DNA of 64,000 nt from the NCBI GenBank assembly GCA_965661945.1, contig CBFIFP010000001.1, forward strand, positions 777,103 through 841,102. The letters run 5' to 3'. Below the pieces are notes generated by a model. The model saw nothing but the letters and a program-made list of their open reading frames with translations, was not told the DNA's origin and did no database searches. This document shows positions 41,709 to 51,684 of the stretch, in pieces (position 1 is the stretch's first letter; each line of letters opens with the position of its first letter). This DNA comes from Candidatus Kapaibacteriales bacterium. GTDB lineage: Bacteria; Bacteroidota; Ignavibacteria; Kapaibacteriales; UBA2268. Position numbers and translations under genes: made by a program.

Positions 41709-41973
41709 TTAATAAATAAATTAATAACACATTTTTTTAAAATGTAAACATAGAATTTCAAAATTACGAAAAAATAGCACTAAACACATAATTTTTAATA
41801 AAAATCAAATAAATTTATCATTTTTAAAATTATATCTACATTTTTAAAAATAAATACGCAACTAAATTAAGACTAAACTTTTCTAAATTTTAATATTTTA
41901 ACAAATATAAAATATTTACATCTTCAATTCGTTCAATACATAAATTTAGAACATATAATTAGAATACTTAACT

Positions 41974-42546
41974 ATGGAAAAAATGGAAGATAAAATTAAA
42001 AATGAAAATAGTCAACTCTTAATTGATAAAAAGTTATTAGAAGAAAGAAAAATATTCCTGTGGGGACAGGTTGACGATGAATCTGCAAAACACCTTATAG
42101 AAAGAATTTTTTATTTGGAAGCACAAGCACCGGGCAAAGAAATAAAATTTTATATAAATTCTCCAGGCGGTTATGTAACTTCTGGCTTTGCAATCTATGA
42201 CGCTATGAGGTCTATAACTTCACCTGTTTCAACAATATGTATGGGATTGGCTGCTTCAATGGGTTCTATATTACTTTCTGCTGGCGAGAAAGGTAAACGC
42301 TTTATTTACCCAAACGCTAAAGTTATGATACACCAACCAAGTGGTGGTGCAAGAGGACAATCTTCCGATATAGAAATTCAAGCTAAAGAAATAGTAAAAA
42401 CTAAAGAACTTGGTGCAAGAATCCTTGCTGATAACTGTGGACAAAGTGCCGAAAAAGTTATGGCTGATTTTAATAGAGATTATTGGATGGATGCTAAAGA
42501 GTCATTAGAATACGGAATCATAGATAGTATTATTGAAATAAAATAG
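41974..42546 (+). CDS. clpP: ATP-dependent Clp protease proteolytic subunit
   Basis: 190 aa. GLAASMGS (Ser nucleophile), IHQPSGG (His) and the overall ClpP fold are present. Confidence 0.9.
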   Translation: MEKMEDKIKNENSQLLIDKKLLEERKIFLWGQVDDESAKHLIERIFYLEAQAPGKEIKFYINSPGGYVTSGFAIYDAMRSITSPVSTICMGLAASMGSILLSAGEKGKRFIYPNAKVMIHQPSGGARGQSSDIEIQAKEIVKTKELGARILADNCGQSAEKVMADFNRDYWMDAKESLEYGIIDSIIEIK

Positions 42547-42577
42547 TGAGTTGATAAAACTCACTTTTATTTTTTTA
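42545..42577 (+). terminator. rho-independent terminator after clpP
   Basis: An 8-bp stem agtgagtt/aactcact with loop gataa, followed by a T-run. Confidence 0.55.
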
Positions 42578-42591
42578 CAAACATTATTATT

Positions 42592-43491
42592 GTGTTAGAT
42601 AAAAATATAATTTCAGAATTAATTAAGTTTGACGGTGGAATATATAAAGTAAACTCCTTAAAAGATTCGTATAATTTTTGTGAAAAAATAACAAAATCTC
42701 ATTACGAAAATTTTCCGGTAGCATCAATTTTGCTTCCAAAAAATAAAAGGGAATATATTTATCCAATTTATACTTTTGCAAGAATTGCTGATGATATAGC
42801 AGATGAATTTGAGTTCTCTGAACAGAAATTAGATCTATTAAATCAGTTAGAAAAGTATATCATAACTCAAAATTTTGAAAACCCGCTTTTTTGGGCATTA
42901 CAAGACACAATAAAAAAAATTAATCTAGACCCTAATTTACTATATGACTTATTATTTGCTTTTAAAAGTGATAGTAATTTCAAAATATTAAATACTTTTG
43001 ACGAAGTTCTTGATTACTGCAAATACTCTGCAAACCCGATTGGAAGGATTATCCTTAGAATCTTTGAAGAAGATAGCGAATTAAATTGTAAACTTAGTGA
43101 TGAAATATGTACAGCACTTCAACTTACAAACTTTTGGCAAGATCTCTCAAGAGACTTAAAAAACAAAAGAATTTATTTTCCAAAAGATTTTCTGAATAAA
43201 TATAAACTTAATGAAAAAGATTTGTTAAATTTGCAATATAAAAAAGAGTTAAACGATTTGATTTTTAGACTAATTATTGAAACCGAAAAATTATTTTATA
43301 ACGGCATGACTATAATTAACTCAATAAAAAACAATCGATTAAAACTTGAATTAAAATTAACGATATTAGGCGGTATGAAAGTTTTAGAGTATTGCAAAGA
43401 ATTAAAATCGGATTTAATATTTAATAGACCAAAATTAAGCAAACTAGATTATATATCTTTAACTTATAATGCAATAAAATGGAAGTCATAA
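42592..43491 (+). CDS. hpnC: squalene/phytoene synthase family protein, HpnC-like (hydroxysqualene synthase); GTG start
   Basis: 299 aa. HYENFPVASILLP followed by YTFARIADDIADE (first Asp-rich motif) and ALQLTNFWQDLSRD are HpnC/squalene synthase-like. The only start candidate upstream of the conserved N-terminus is GTG at 42592. Confidence 0.7.
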   Translation: MLDKNIISELIKFDGGIYKVNSLKDSYNFCEKITKSHYENFPVASILLPKNKREYIYPIYTFARIADDIADEFEFSEQKLDLLNQLEKYIITQNFENPLFWALQDTIKKINLDPNLLYDLLFAFKSDSNFKILNTFDEVLDYCKYSANPIGRIILRIFEEDSELNCKLSDEICTALQLTNFWQDLSRDLKNKRIYFPKDFLNKYKLNEKDLLNLQYKKELNDLIFRLIIETEKLFYNGMTIINSIKNNRLKLELKLTILGGMKVLEYCKELKSDLIFNRPKLSKLDYISLTYNAIKWKS

Positions 43492-44375
43492 CTCAATCTA
43501 ATCTTGCTACTTATGAGAATGTTGGTTTTTCAAAATGCGAAAAATCCAACTTCTTATATTCCTTCACATTCTTACCAAAAGAAGAAAGAGAAGCAATTAA
43601 CTCCATTTATGCTTTTTTTAGTTATATAGATAATATTGTAGATGAAACTCCAACTGTTAACCAAAAAGATATTGAAAAAAAACTCAATAGATTAGAATTT
43701 TGGGAAAATACAATTACAAAAATATATAACAAAAAAGAAAATACTAATTTATTGAAGCCATTAGAAAAAACAATTGATAGATTTTTAATTCCCAGACAAT
43801 ACTTCACAACTCTTATTGATGGCTGTAAAAGAGATTTAGTTCAAACAAGATATGAAACTTTTGAAGATTTAAAAGAATACTGCTATAGCGTTGCAAGTAT
43901 TGTAGGACTTACATCTATAGAGGTATTTGGGTATAAATACGAAGAAACAAAAAACTACGCAATTCATCTTGGCTATGCTCTTCAACTAACTAATATTATC
44001 AGAGATATTAAAGCAGATAAAAATAGAGGTTATATTTATATTCCAAAAGAGGATTTAGTTAGATTTAAATATTCTGAAACTGACTTAATGAATGAAGTAT
44101 ATAATGATAATTTTATTAAACTTATGAGTTTTCAAGTTAAAAGAGCAAGAGATTATTATCATAAAGCTCGCTCTTTTATGAGACCTGATGAAAGAAGAAG
44201 ACTTATTGCCGCAGAAATAATGGATGATATTTATTTTCGATTATTAGATAAAATTGAATTAAATGATTACAATATTTGGGATAAAAAAATAAAAGTCTCT
44301 ACTTCTCATAAAATAATAATGGCTTTAAAACATTGGCTTTCGATTAAACTGTTTATCAGAAATAAAAAAGAATAA
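43479..44375 (+). CDS. hpnD: squalene/phytoene synthase family protein, HpnD-like (presqualene diphosphate synthase)
   Basis: 298 aa. LPKEEREAINSIYAFFSYIDNIVDE, YCYSVASIVGL, and ALQLTNIIRDIKADKNRGYIYIP are the trans-isoprenyl diphosphate synthase head-to-head family motifs. Overlaps hpnC by 13 nt. Confidence 0.65.
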   Translation: MEVITQSNLATYENVGFSKCEKSNFLYSFTFLPKEEREAINSIYAFFSYIDNIVDETPTVNQKDIEKKLNRLEFWENTITKIYNKKENTNLLKPLEKTIDRFLIPRQYFTTLIDGCKRDLVQTRYETFEDLKEYCYSVASIVGLTSIEVFGYKYEETKNYAIHLGYALQLTNIIRDIKADKNRGYIYIPKEDLVRFKYSETDLMNEVYNDNFIKLMSFQVKRARDYYHKARSFMRPDERRRLIAAEIMDDIYFRLLDKIELNDYNIWDKKIKVSTSHKIIMALKHWLSIKLFIRNKKE

Positions 44376-44416
44376 TATAATTTTATAAACTTAAATTTTT
44401 AGTTTTACAAAATCTT

Positions 44417-45052
44417 ATGCAAGAAATAGCTGGTTTCGCACTTTTATGTTTAACATCATATTTTACTTTAATAAATCCCCTTGGGATAATGCCCATTTTT
44501 CTTACAATGACTTCAAATTTGAGTGCAAAAGAAAAGTCTAGAACCGCTCAAAAAGCTGTAATAGTTGCCTTTGGAACTTTACTTGCCTTTGCATTTACAG
44601 GGCAGTTTTTATTCAAATTTTTTGGGATTTCTGTTGATAGTTTTAGAATTGTAGGTGGGGTAATATTTTTTATGATGGGGTTAGAAATGCTAAATGCTCG
44701 CCTTGCTCAGATGAAAGTAAGAGAAGATGATATTAAAGAATATGTTAACGATATTTCTATTACTCCTTTAGCAATACCGATGTTAGCGGGGCCGGGTGCA
44801 ATTACTAATTCAATCATACTTATGGAAGACGCAAATACAGTTGGCTTTAAAATAACATTAATTTCATCTATAGCTCTTATATTAATAACAGCATATATTG
44901 TTTTGTGGGCAGGTTCCTCTATTTCAAAGTTCTTAGGTGATACTGGAATAAAAATTATGATGAGATTAATGGGATTAATTGTAATGGTTATTGCAGTTGA
45001 GTTTTTCTTTTCGGGACTAAAACCAATTTTAAAAAGCATTTTAAATAGTTAA
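44417..45052 (+). CDS. MarC-family (UPF0056) integral membrane protein
   Basis: 211 aa, six predicted TM segments. N-terminal TLINPLGIMPIFLTMT is MarC-like. Confidence 0.75.
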   Translation: MQEIAGFALLCLTSYFTLINPLGIMPIFLTMTSNLSAKEKSRTAQKAVIVAFGTLLAFAFTGQFLFKFFGISVDSFRIVGGVIFFMMGLEMLNARLAQMKVREDDIKEYVNDISITPLAIPMLAGPGAITNSIILMEDANTVGFKITLISSIALILITAYIVLWAGSSISKFLGDTGIKIMMRLMGLIVMVIAVEFFFSGLKPILKSILNS

Positions 45053-45210
45053 TAATAAACAAATAAAACTAATATCTATTATAAATGCTTACTTTTTCGT
45101 CATTACATTTAATAATTTTCATCTAAGCAATTTAACATTATATGGAAATAAATATTATTATAAGAATTAGCTTTTAATTAACTTAATAAATAAGATTTCA
45201 AAATTATTCT

Positions 45211-46491
45211 ATGAAAAACTTTTTACTAATTACATTAATTTTAATCAGCATTCAATCTTTAAAATCTACTGAATTTTATTTAGATGCGATATCTTTTAAA
45301 TCAAATGATTTAGATAGCGTAGGAAGATGTGATATCTTTGTTGTTGTGCCATATTCACTTTTAAAATTCGAAAATAATAATGATATTTTTTATGCTTCAT
45401 ATAATTTAATCTATAAAGTTTTTGATGCTGATTATAATTTGATTTTTGAAGATAATCAAAAAACAAACCTAAAAGCTGATGACTATTTTCAAGCTCAAGG
45501 AGGAGATGGTAAGTTTAAAACAAATAGTAAATCATTTAATTTAAAACCAGGCAATTTTACAATTGAAGTAACGATGCAAGATAATCTGGCTAATATTATT
45601 TATAAAAAGAAACGTAACCTTAATATTCTTGAGTTCAATGAATTTCCTTTTGCATTAAGTGGAATTATGCTTCTTTCAGCTATTGAAGAAAATAATAAAA
45701 GATTTAAAATTACTCCATTCTTTGATGATAACATAGCAACTATTAAAAATGGTTTTTTTGCCTTTTTTGAAATTTATAGAAATAACAACATTGAAAAAAA
45801 ATATAAATTCTTTTATCAGTTAATTAATGAAAATGAAAAAGATATTATTACAGGTGAATTAATTTCACATAATCTAACAAATATAAAAGAACAGTTTTAT
45901 TTACATATAAAATCTGACAAATTCCTAATAGGTAAATATACTTTAAGAGTTATTGCTGTTGAAAATGAGACGGAGGGCATACCCGACAAAAAAGATTATT
46001 TAGCAATTACACAACGAGTTGTAAACTTCACCCCTTCTTTAATTATTTCTCTTTTAGAAAACATAGATGATTCAATAAAAAAACTCAGATACGTTGCATC
46101 TTCAAGCCAAATAAACTTAATGAAAGAGGCAGAAACTAAAGATAAAAAAATTGATTTATTCATAAAATTTTGGGAAGAACTTGACCCAACACCTAACACA
46201 GAAAAGAATGAAGCCCTTATAGAGTATTTTGCAAGAATAGAATATGCTAATAATAATTTTAAAGCTTACACAGACGGCTGGCTTACAGACAAAGGAAACG
46301 TATATATAATTTATGGAAAACCCCTTTCTATTACAACTTCAAATTCAAGTTACGAATCAAGAATAACTTATGAACAGTGGCTTTATGATGGCAATAGAGA
46401 GTTTGTATTTCAAGATAAATCTGGTTTAGGTGATTTTAGATTAGTTCGCCCTTTTTCTATAATGGATGTTTATAAATATAGGAGTAATTAA
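45211..46491 (+). CDS. GWxTD-domain protein, secreted
   Basis: 426 aa with a signal peptide. The C-terminal region contains the literal GWLTDKGNVYIIYGKP (GWxTD motif) and YGxP. Confidence 0.6.
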   Translation: MKNFLLITLILISIQSLKSTEFYLDAISFKSNDLDSVGRCDIFVVVPYSLLKFENNNDIFYASYNLIYKVFDADYNLIFEDNQKTNLKADDYFQAQGGDGKFKTNSKSFNLKPGNFTIEVTMQDNLANIIYKKKRNLNILEFNEFPFALSGIMLLSAIEENNKRFKITPFFDDNIATIKNGFFAFFEIYRNNNIEKKYKFFYQLINENEKDIITGELISHNLTNIKEQFYLHIKSDKFLIGKYTLRVIAVENETEGIPDKKDYLAITQRVVNFTPSLIISLLENIDDSIKKLRYVASSSQINLMKEAETKDKKIDLFIKFWEELDPTPNTEKNEALIEYFARIEYANNNFKAYTDGWLTDKGNVYIIYGKPLSITTSNSSYESRITYEQWLYDGNREFVFQDKSGLGDFRLVRPFSIMDVYKYRSN

Positions 46492-47178
46492 TTGAGAATA
46501 TCATTAATAATTCCTTCTGGTGGCATTGGTCAAAGAATGAATTCTGATTTACCAAAACAGTACCTTGAAATTAACAACCAACCAATATTACTCAAAACAT
46601 TAAAGAACTTTGATGATATTGACGAAATAGATAATATATTTATTCCAATCAATGAGAAATGGATTAATTTTGTAAAAACCAAAGCAGATTTTTTTAACAT
46701 TAAAAAAACTCTTGTTTTTGTGCCTGCAGGAAAAACAAGAGCAGAATCAATAAGCAATGCAATAAAAGATATACAAATCAACAGCTCAGATTTTGTTTTA
46801 ATTCACGATGCTGTTAGATGTTTAATAAATAAAAGTTTAATTCATAATGTTATAAATGAATTAAAAAATAATGACATAGTAATTCCTGCAATAAAAATTA
46901 CGGATACTATAAAAAAAATTAAAAATGGTTTTGTTGTAAAAACTTTAAATAGAGAAAATATTTATAAAGTTCAGACTCCTCAGGGAGTAAAATTAAGTAT
47001 ATATCAAAATATTCTCAACAAAATTAATTTAATAGATAATAAATATTCTGATGATGCTTCTATTTTTGAGGATTTTGGCTATAAAGTCAAAGTAATCGAA
47101 GGAGATAGTCTAAATATAAAAATTACTAACGCTTTTGATTTAGAATTTGTTAAATATATTATAAATAAAAATAAATAA
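46492..47178 (+). CDS. ispD: 2-C-methyl-D-erythritol 4-phosphate cytidylyltransferase
   Basis: 228 aa. The N-terminal SLIIPSGGIGQRMNSDLPKQYL is the IspD P-loop-like motif. Confidence 0.85.
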   Translation: MRISLIIPSGGIGQRMNSDLPKQYLEINNQPILLKTLKNFDDIDEIDNIFIPINEKWINFVKTKADFFNIKKTLVFVPAGKTRAESISNAIKDIQINSSDFVLIHDAVRCLINKSLIHNVINELKNNDIVIPAIKITDTIKKIKNGFVVKTLNRENIYKVQTPQGVKLSIYQNILNKINLIDNKYSDDASIFEDFGYKVKVIEGDSLNIKITNAFDLEFVKYIINKNK

Positions 47179-47186
47179 GGATAGAT

Positions 47187-48191
47187 ATGTCAAAATCTAG
47201 TTTAACCAGAATTGGTATATTTTATGATGGTAACTATTTACACCATGTAAGTAACTACTACTATTATATCCACGAGCGAAAAAGTCGCTTGTCGATAAAA
47301 GGTATTCACGAGTTCGTAAAAAAATACCTTGCTGAGCAAAATGAAATAAATCACCAACTTTGTCAAATTGTTGATGCACATTATTTTAGAGGTCGCTTAA
47401 CAGCAAAAGAAGCTAAAGAAAAAGATGGCGCACTTTTTTACGACAGACTTTTTGATGAAATTTTAATGAACGAAGGTGTTACAACTCATTATTTACCTAT
47501 TAGATACTATGGAGGTATAAAACAAGAAAAAGGAATAGATGTATGGCTTGCGTTAGAAGCTTACGAAATGGCTTTTTATAAAAAATTCGACGTTTTAGTA
47601 TTAATTGCTGGAGATGGTGATTATGTTCCACTAATCAGAAAACTTAACACACTTGGAACTGCAGTAATGGTTTTAAGTTGGGACTTCGAATACACTGGCG
47701 AAGATGGAAAACCATACTATACAAGAACATCACAATACTTGCTCGAAGAAGTTTCGTATCCAGTTCCTATGCACGAAATAATCAATAATAGAGTAAGAAA
47801 AAATGATGCAATGGTAAACAATCTATTTGTCCCTCCATCAGTCATAAAAGAAAAACCATACAGAAGACCAACACCTTCTTACTCTGCTCCTAATCCTAAT
47901 TCTCTTGATGATGATGAAGACGATGACTACTATTCAACCTCAAACCTCGATAAAGATGTGTTTATAAGTAAAGTACTAACAATTAAAGATGGTTACGGTT
48001 TTATTAAAAATGAACCAGATAATGCTTTCTTTCATTATACATCATTAATAGATTTTGACTTCAATGATTTAGAAGTTGGAGATAAAGTCCAATTCAGATT
48101 AGAAATCACAGACGAAGGAAAAACAGTAGCAAAAGAAATCACAGTATTAAATGCTCTAAATAAACAGCCAACGGTTGATGAAGATGAATAA
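47187..48191 (+). CDS. NYN-domain (LabA/DUF88-like predicted RNase) protein with C-terminal cold-shock (CSD/OB) domain
   Basis: 334 aa. KGIDVWLALEAYEMAF...VLVLIAGDGDYVPLI is the NYN/PIN-like core. The C-terminal DGYGFIKNEPDNAFFHYTSLIDFDFNDLEVGDKVQFRLEITDEGKTVAKEI matches the CspA-like pattern (GFGFI...D.FFH.S.I). An acidic linker DDDEDDDYY lies between them. Confidence 0.6.
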   Translation: MSKSSLTRIGIFYDGNYLHHVSNYYYYIHERKSRLSIKGIHEFVKKYLAEQNEINHQLCQIVDAHYFRGRLTAKEAKEKDGALFYDRLFDEILMNEGVTTHYLPIRYYGGIKQEKGIDVWLALEAYEMAFYKKFDVLVLIAGDGDYVPLIRKLNTLGTAVMVLSWDFEYTGEDGKPYYTRTSQYLLEEVSYPVPMHEIINNRVRKNDAMVNNLFVPPSVIKEKPYRRPTPSYSAPNPNSLDDDEDDDYYSTSNLDKDVFISKVLTIKDGYGFIKNEPDNAFFHYTSLIDFDFNDLEVGDKVQFRLEITDEGKTVAKEITVLNALNKQPTVDEDE

Positions 48192-48336
48192 AATTAATAA
48201 AAAAATAAATTCTAAAATTAAAACTTACTAAATATGGGGAAAATTAAATTTCCCCTTTTTTATAATATAAATTTTTAAAACTAGTTTCAAAAAATTTATA
48301 GAAGTTTTTAAATATAAAGAAAGTGCTAAATTTATT

Positions 48337-48369
48337 TCAAAAAAAAGCCCTCCAAACGAGGGCTTTAAT
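48337..48369. terminator. bidirectional terminator between the NYN gene (+) and hppA (-)
   Basis: gccctc-caaac-gagggc hairpin, flanked by A8 upstream and TTT downstream. Confidence 0.55.
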
Positions 48370-48396
48370 TTAAAATACTAAATTCTTAAACTTATA

Positions 48397-50565
48397 TTAA
48401 ATCGCAGTTGCAATAACTAATGCAACAACAGACATCAACTTAATAAGAATATTAATAGAAGGACCAGAAGTATCTTTGAAAGGGTCACCTACTGTATCAC
48501 CAGTTACTGCTGCTTTATGAGCATCAGAACCTTTTTTATAAGTTACACCATCAACCTCAATTCCTTCTTCAAACATTTTCTTAGCGTTATCCCAAGCACC
48601 ACCAGCGTTAGATTGGAATATTGCAAGCAAAACACCAGATACTGTTACACCAGCAAGCAGTCCACCTAGAGTTTCAGCTCCGAAAGTAAAGCCAACAACA
48701 ACAGGTGCAGCAACTGCTAAAAGACCAGGTAGCATCATTTCTTTAATAGAAGCTTTAGTCGATATTTCAACACATTTAGCATACTCAGCTTTTCCTTCTG
48801 CTGCTTCATAAGTTTTCTTATCAGCATCAGACCATTTAGAAGAATCATCTCCACTTTTACGCATAACATCTAATGCAGCTTTTAAAGCAGGTATCTCTAA
48901 AAATTGTCTGCGAACTTCTTGAATCATTGCCATAGCTGCACGTCCTACAGCGTCCATAGCCATTGCTGAGAAAACATAAGGTAACATTGCACCAACTAAT
49001 AAACCAGCCATAACAGTAGGGTTAGAAACATCAATTTTAATTATACCTGCTTGTTGCATAAATGCAGCAAATAATGCAAGTGCAGTTAAAGCAGCCGAAC
49101 CAATAGCGAATCCTTTTCCGATTGCCGCTGTTGTGTTACCAACTGCATCTAATTTATCAGTTCTTTGTCTAACCTCTTTAGGTAATTCACTCATCTCTGC
49201 AATACCACCAGCATTATCAGAAATAGGTCCATAAGCATCAACTGCCAACTGAATACCAGTAGTTGAAAGCATACCTACCGCAGCAATAGCGATACCGTAT
49301 AATCCAGCATAATCAAAAGCAACCATAATTGCCGCTGCAATAATAATAATAGGAATAGCCGTTGACATCATACCCACACCAACACCAGCAATAATATTCG
49401 TAGCAGCTCCAGTGATTGATTGTCTAGCAATCTTCAAAACCGGTGGAGTTCCTGTTCCAGTGTAATATTCGGTAACTTTACCAATTCCAACACCAGCTAA
49501 AAGACCAGCTACAGTTGCCACAAAAACACCAACAGAAGTGTAATCAGTTCCTGAAACAGACCATGAACTAGGTAACATCCAATCAATAATAAAATAAGTT
49601 AAAACAAGCATCACACCAGCAGCACCAAACTCACCAATATTTAAAGCAGTTTGAGGGTTACCACCTTCTTTTACTTTCACAAAGAAAGTACCGAAAATAG
49701 AAACCAAAATACCAATTGCAGCTAACATCAAAGGTAAAATTATAGCTGACAAAGCACCAAAAGGCAATGCTATAAATTCAGATACATTAAAAAAGGCAGC
49801 CCCAAGAACCATAGTACCTATTATAGAACCAACATAAGATTCAAATAAATCAGCACCCATACCAGCCACATCACCTACGTTATCACCTACGTTATCAGCA
49901 ATAGTTGCAGGATTAAGAGGGTGATCTTCTGGAATTCCCGCCTCAACTTTACCTACAAGGTCAGCCCCAACGTCTGCGGCTTTAGTATAAATACCACCAC
50001 CAACTCTTGCAAAAAGAGCAATAGAAGAAGCACCAAATGAAAATCCGGTTACAACTGTGATAATTTTATTTACATTATCTAAAGTTTCGATTCCAAATAA
50101 ATTTGAATACAATAAAAAGAGAATAGAAAGCCCTAGAACTCCAAGACCAACAACTCCCATTCCCATAACAGAACCACCTGTAAAAGCAACAGCAAGGGCT
50201 TTATTAAGTCCTGTGATAGCTGCGTTAGTAGTTCTAACATTAGCTTTAGTTGCAACTCTCATTCCTATAAAACCTGCTAATGCTGAACTCACAGCACCAA
50301 CAACGAATGATAAAGCCACAAGAGGGGAAGAATTTTCACCCTGTGAACCTTGCCAAGCAAGTAAAATAGCAATTGCTACAACAAATATCGACAGTACCTT
50401 ATATTCGGCTCTTAAAAAAGCCATTGCACCATCTGAAATGAATTTGGCAATATTTTGCATTTTTGCATTGCCTGGGTCTTGCTTAGTTACCCACGAAGAT
50501 TTTATGAATGTGTAAATTAATGCTAACACACCGCAAGCAGGAACAATATAAATAATTTGATTCAT
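48397..50565 (-). CDS. hppA: membrane-bound H(+)/Na(+)-translocating pyrophosphatase
   Basis: 722 aa polytopic protein with V-PPase signatures ([40 protein letters not shown], the C-terminal DTVGDPFKD). Confidence 0.9.
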   Translation of the reverse strand: MNQIIYIVPACGVLALIYTFIKSSWVTKQDPGNAKMQNIAKFISDGAMAFLRAEYKVLSIFVVAIAILLAWQGSQGENSSPLVALSFVVGAVSSALAGFIGMRVATKANVRTTNAAITGLNKALAVAFTGGSVMGMGVVGLGVLGLSILFLLYSNLFGIETLDNVNKIITVVTGFSFGASSIALFARVGGGIYTKAADVGADLVGKVEAGIPEDHPLNPATIADNVGDNVGDVAGMGADLFESYVGSIIGTMVLGAAFFNVSEFIALPFGALSAIILPLMLAAIGILVSIFGTFFVKVKEGGNPQTALNIGEFGAAGVMLVLTYFIIDWMLPSSWSVSGTDYTSVGVFVATVAGLLAGVGIGKVTEYYTGTGTPPVLKIARQSITGAATNIIAGVGVGMMSTAIPIIIIAAAIMVAFDYAGLYGIAIAAVGMLSTTGIQLAVDAYGPISDNAGGIAEMSELPKEVRQRTDKLDAVGNTTAAIGKGFAIGSAALTALALFAAFMQQAGIIKIDVSNPTVMAGLLVGAMLPYVFSAMAMDAVGRAAMAMIQEVRRQFLEIPALKAALDVMRKSGDDSSKWSDADKKTYEAAEGKAEYAKCVEISTKASIKEMMLPGLLAVAAPVVVGFTFGAETLGGLLAGVTVSGVLLAIFQSNAGGAWDNAKKMFEEGIEVDGVTYKKGSDAHKAAVTGDTVGDPFKDTSGPSINILIKLMSVVALVIATAI

Positions 50566-50783
50566 TGTACATCAAAAATTATTGAATAAATATTTTACTT
50601 TTTAAAAATTTGAAAAAACAAGTTTGCAACTTAACTATAAGATTTTAAATATACAATATATTTATACATCTTGTTAAAAAATATTCTAAAATAATAACTA
50701 ATTTAAAAAAATATATCCTTTTTGTATGTAATGCTTTTTATTTTTCTTAATTTTGTAAATTATTTAAATCATATTAATATTTA

Positions 50784-51662
50784 ATGACAAATCAAATAGA
50801 ATTTAAGCAACTCACTTTTGATAACAACAAAAAAAATAATACAGAATTTGCTGAAATAGCAAATACAATAAGGCAAGATATTATCAAAAGTTTACTTTTA
50901 GCAAAATCAGGACATAGTGGAGGTCCACTTGGGATTTCAGATTTTATGTCTGTACTTTATTTTGGTGGATACATGAACCATAATCCCCAAAATCCTCAAA
51001 TGAAAGCAAGAGATAGGTTTGTTTTGAGTGCCGGACACATGGCACCTGTTCTATATTCTGTACTTGCTCGCTCTGGCTATTTTCCGTGTGAAGAACTTTC
51101 TACACTTAGAAAACTCGGCACGCGATTACAAGGTCACCCAGGACTTGATGTTAATCTACCAGGGATTGAAACTTCATCTGGTTCCTTAGGTCAAGGAATA
51201 TCAATTGCTGTTGGAATGGCTATGTGCGATAAGTATATAGATAAAAATAATGCTAGTGTATATTGTATTACAGGCGATGGAGAGTTACAAGAGGGTGCTT
51301 GCTGGGAAGCAGCAATGGCAGCCGGTACTCATAAATTAAACAACCTTTGCTGGATAGTTGATAACAACGATTGTCAAATTGACGGCAGAGTAAAAGATAT
51401 AATGAGCATCTACCCTATTAAAGAAAAATTTGAGTCATTTAACTTTAATGTAATAGAAATTGACGGACATAACTACGATGATATCAAAAAAGCAATTGAA
51501 TATTTTAAAAATAATCAACAAAATAGTGATTTACCAACTTGTATTGTAACTAAAACTTATATGGGTAAAGGCATATCCTTTATGCATGACCAATATACTT
51601 GGCACGGAAATCCTCCTAATGCAGAACAAGCTGAAATTGCTCTCTCTGAATTAAATTCTTAA
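50784..51662 (+). CDS. transketolase, N-terminal (TPP-binding) subunit of a split enzyme
   Basis: 292 aa. GHSGGPLGISDFM..., GSLGQGISIAVGMA, and ITGDGELQEGACWEA are the TPP PP-domain motifs. It ends where full-length Tkt would continue. Confidence 0.85.
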   Translation: MTNQIEFKQLTFDNNKKNNTEFAEIANTIRQDIIKSLLLAKSGHSGGPLGISDFMSVLYFGGYMNHNPQNPQMKARDRFVLSAGHMAPVLYSVLARSGYFPCEELSTLRKLGTRLQGHPGLDVNLPGIETSSGSLGQGISIAVGMAMCDKYIDKNNASVYCITGDGELQEGACWEAAMAAGTHKLNNLCWIVDNNDCQIDGRVKDIMSIYPIKEKFESFNFNVIEIDGHNYDDIKKAIEYFKNNQQNSDLPTCIVTKTYMGKGISFMHDQYTWHGNPPNAEQAEIALSELNS

Positions 51663-51684
51663 TTAAATATGGAAAAATATTAAA

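Noticed and set aside
50057-50515. 152-aa plus-strand ORF inside hppA
   Set aside because: It is antisense to the H+-PPase gene. Its P/T/A-rich translation is the complement of the G/A/V-rich TM codons.
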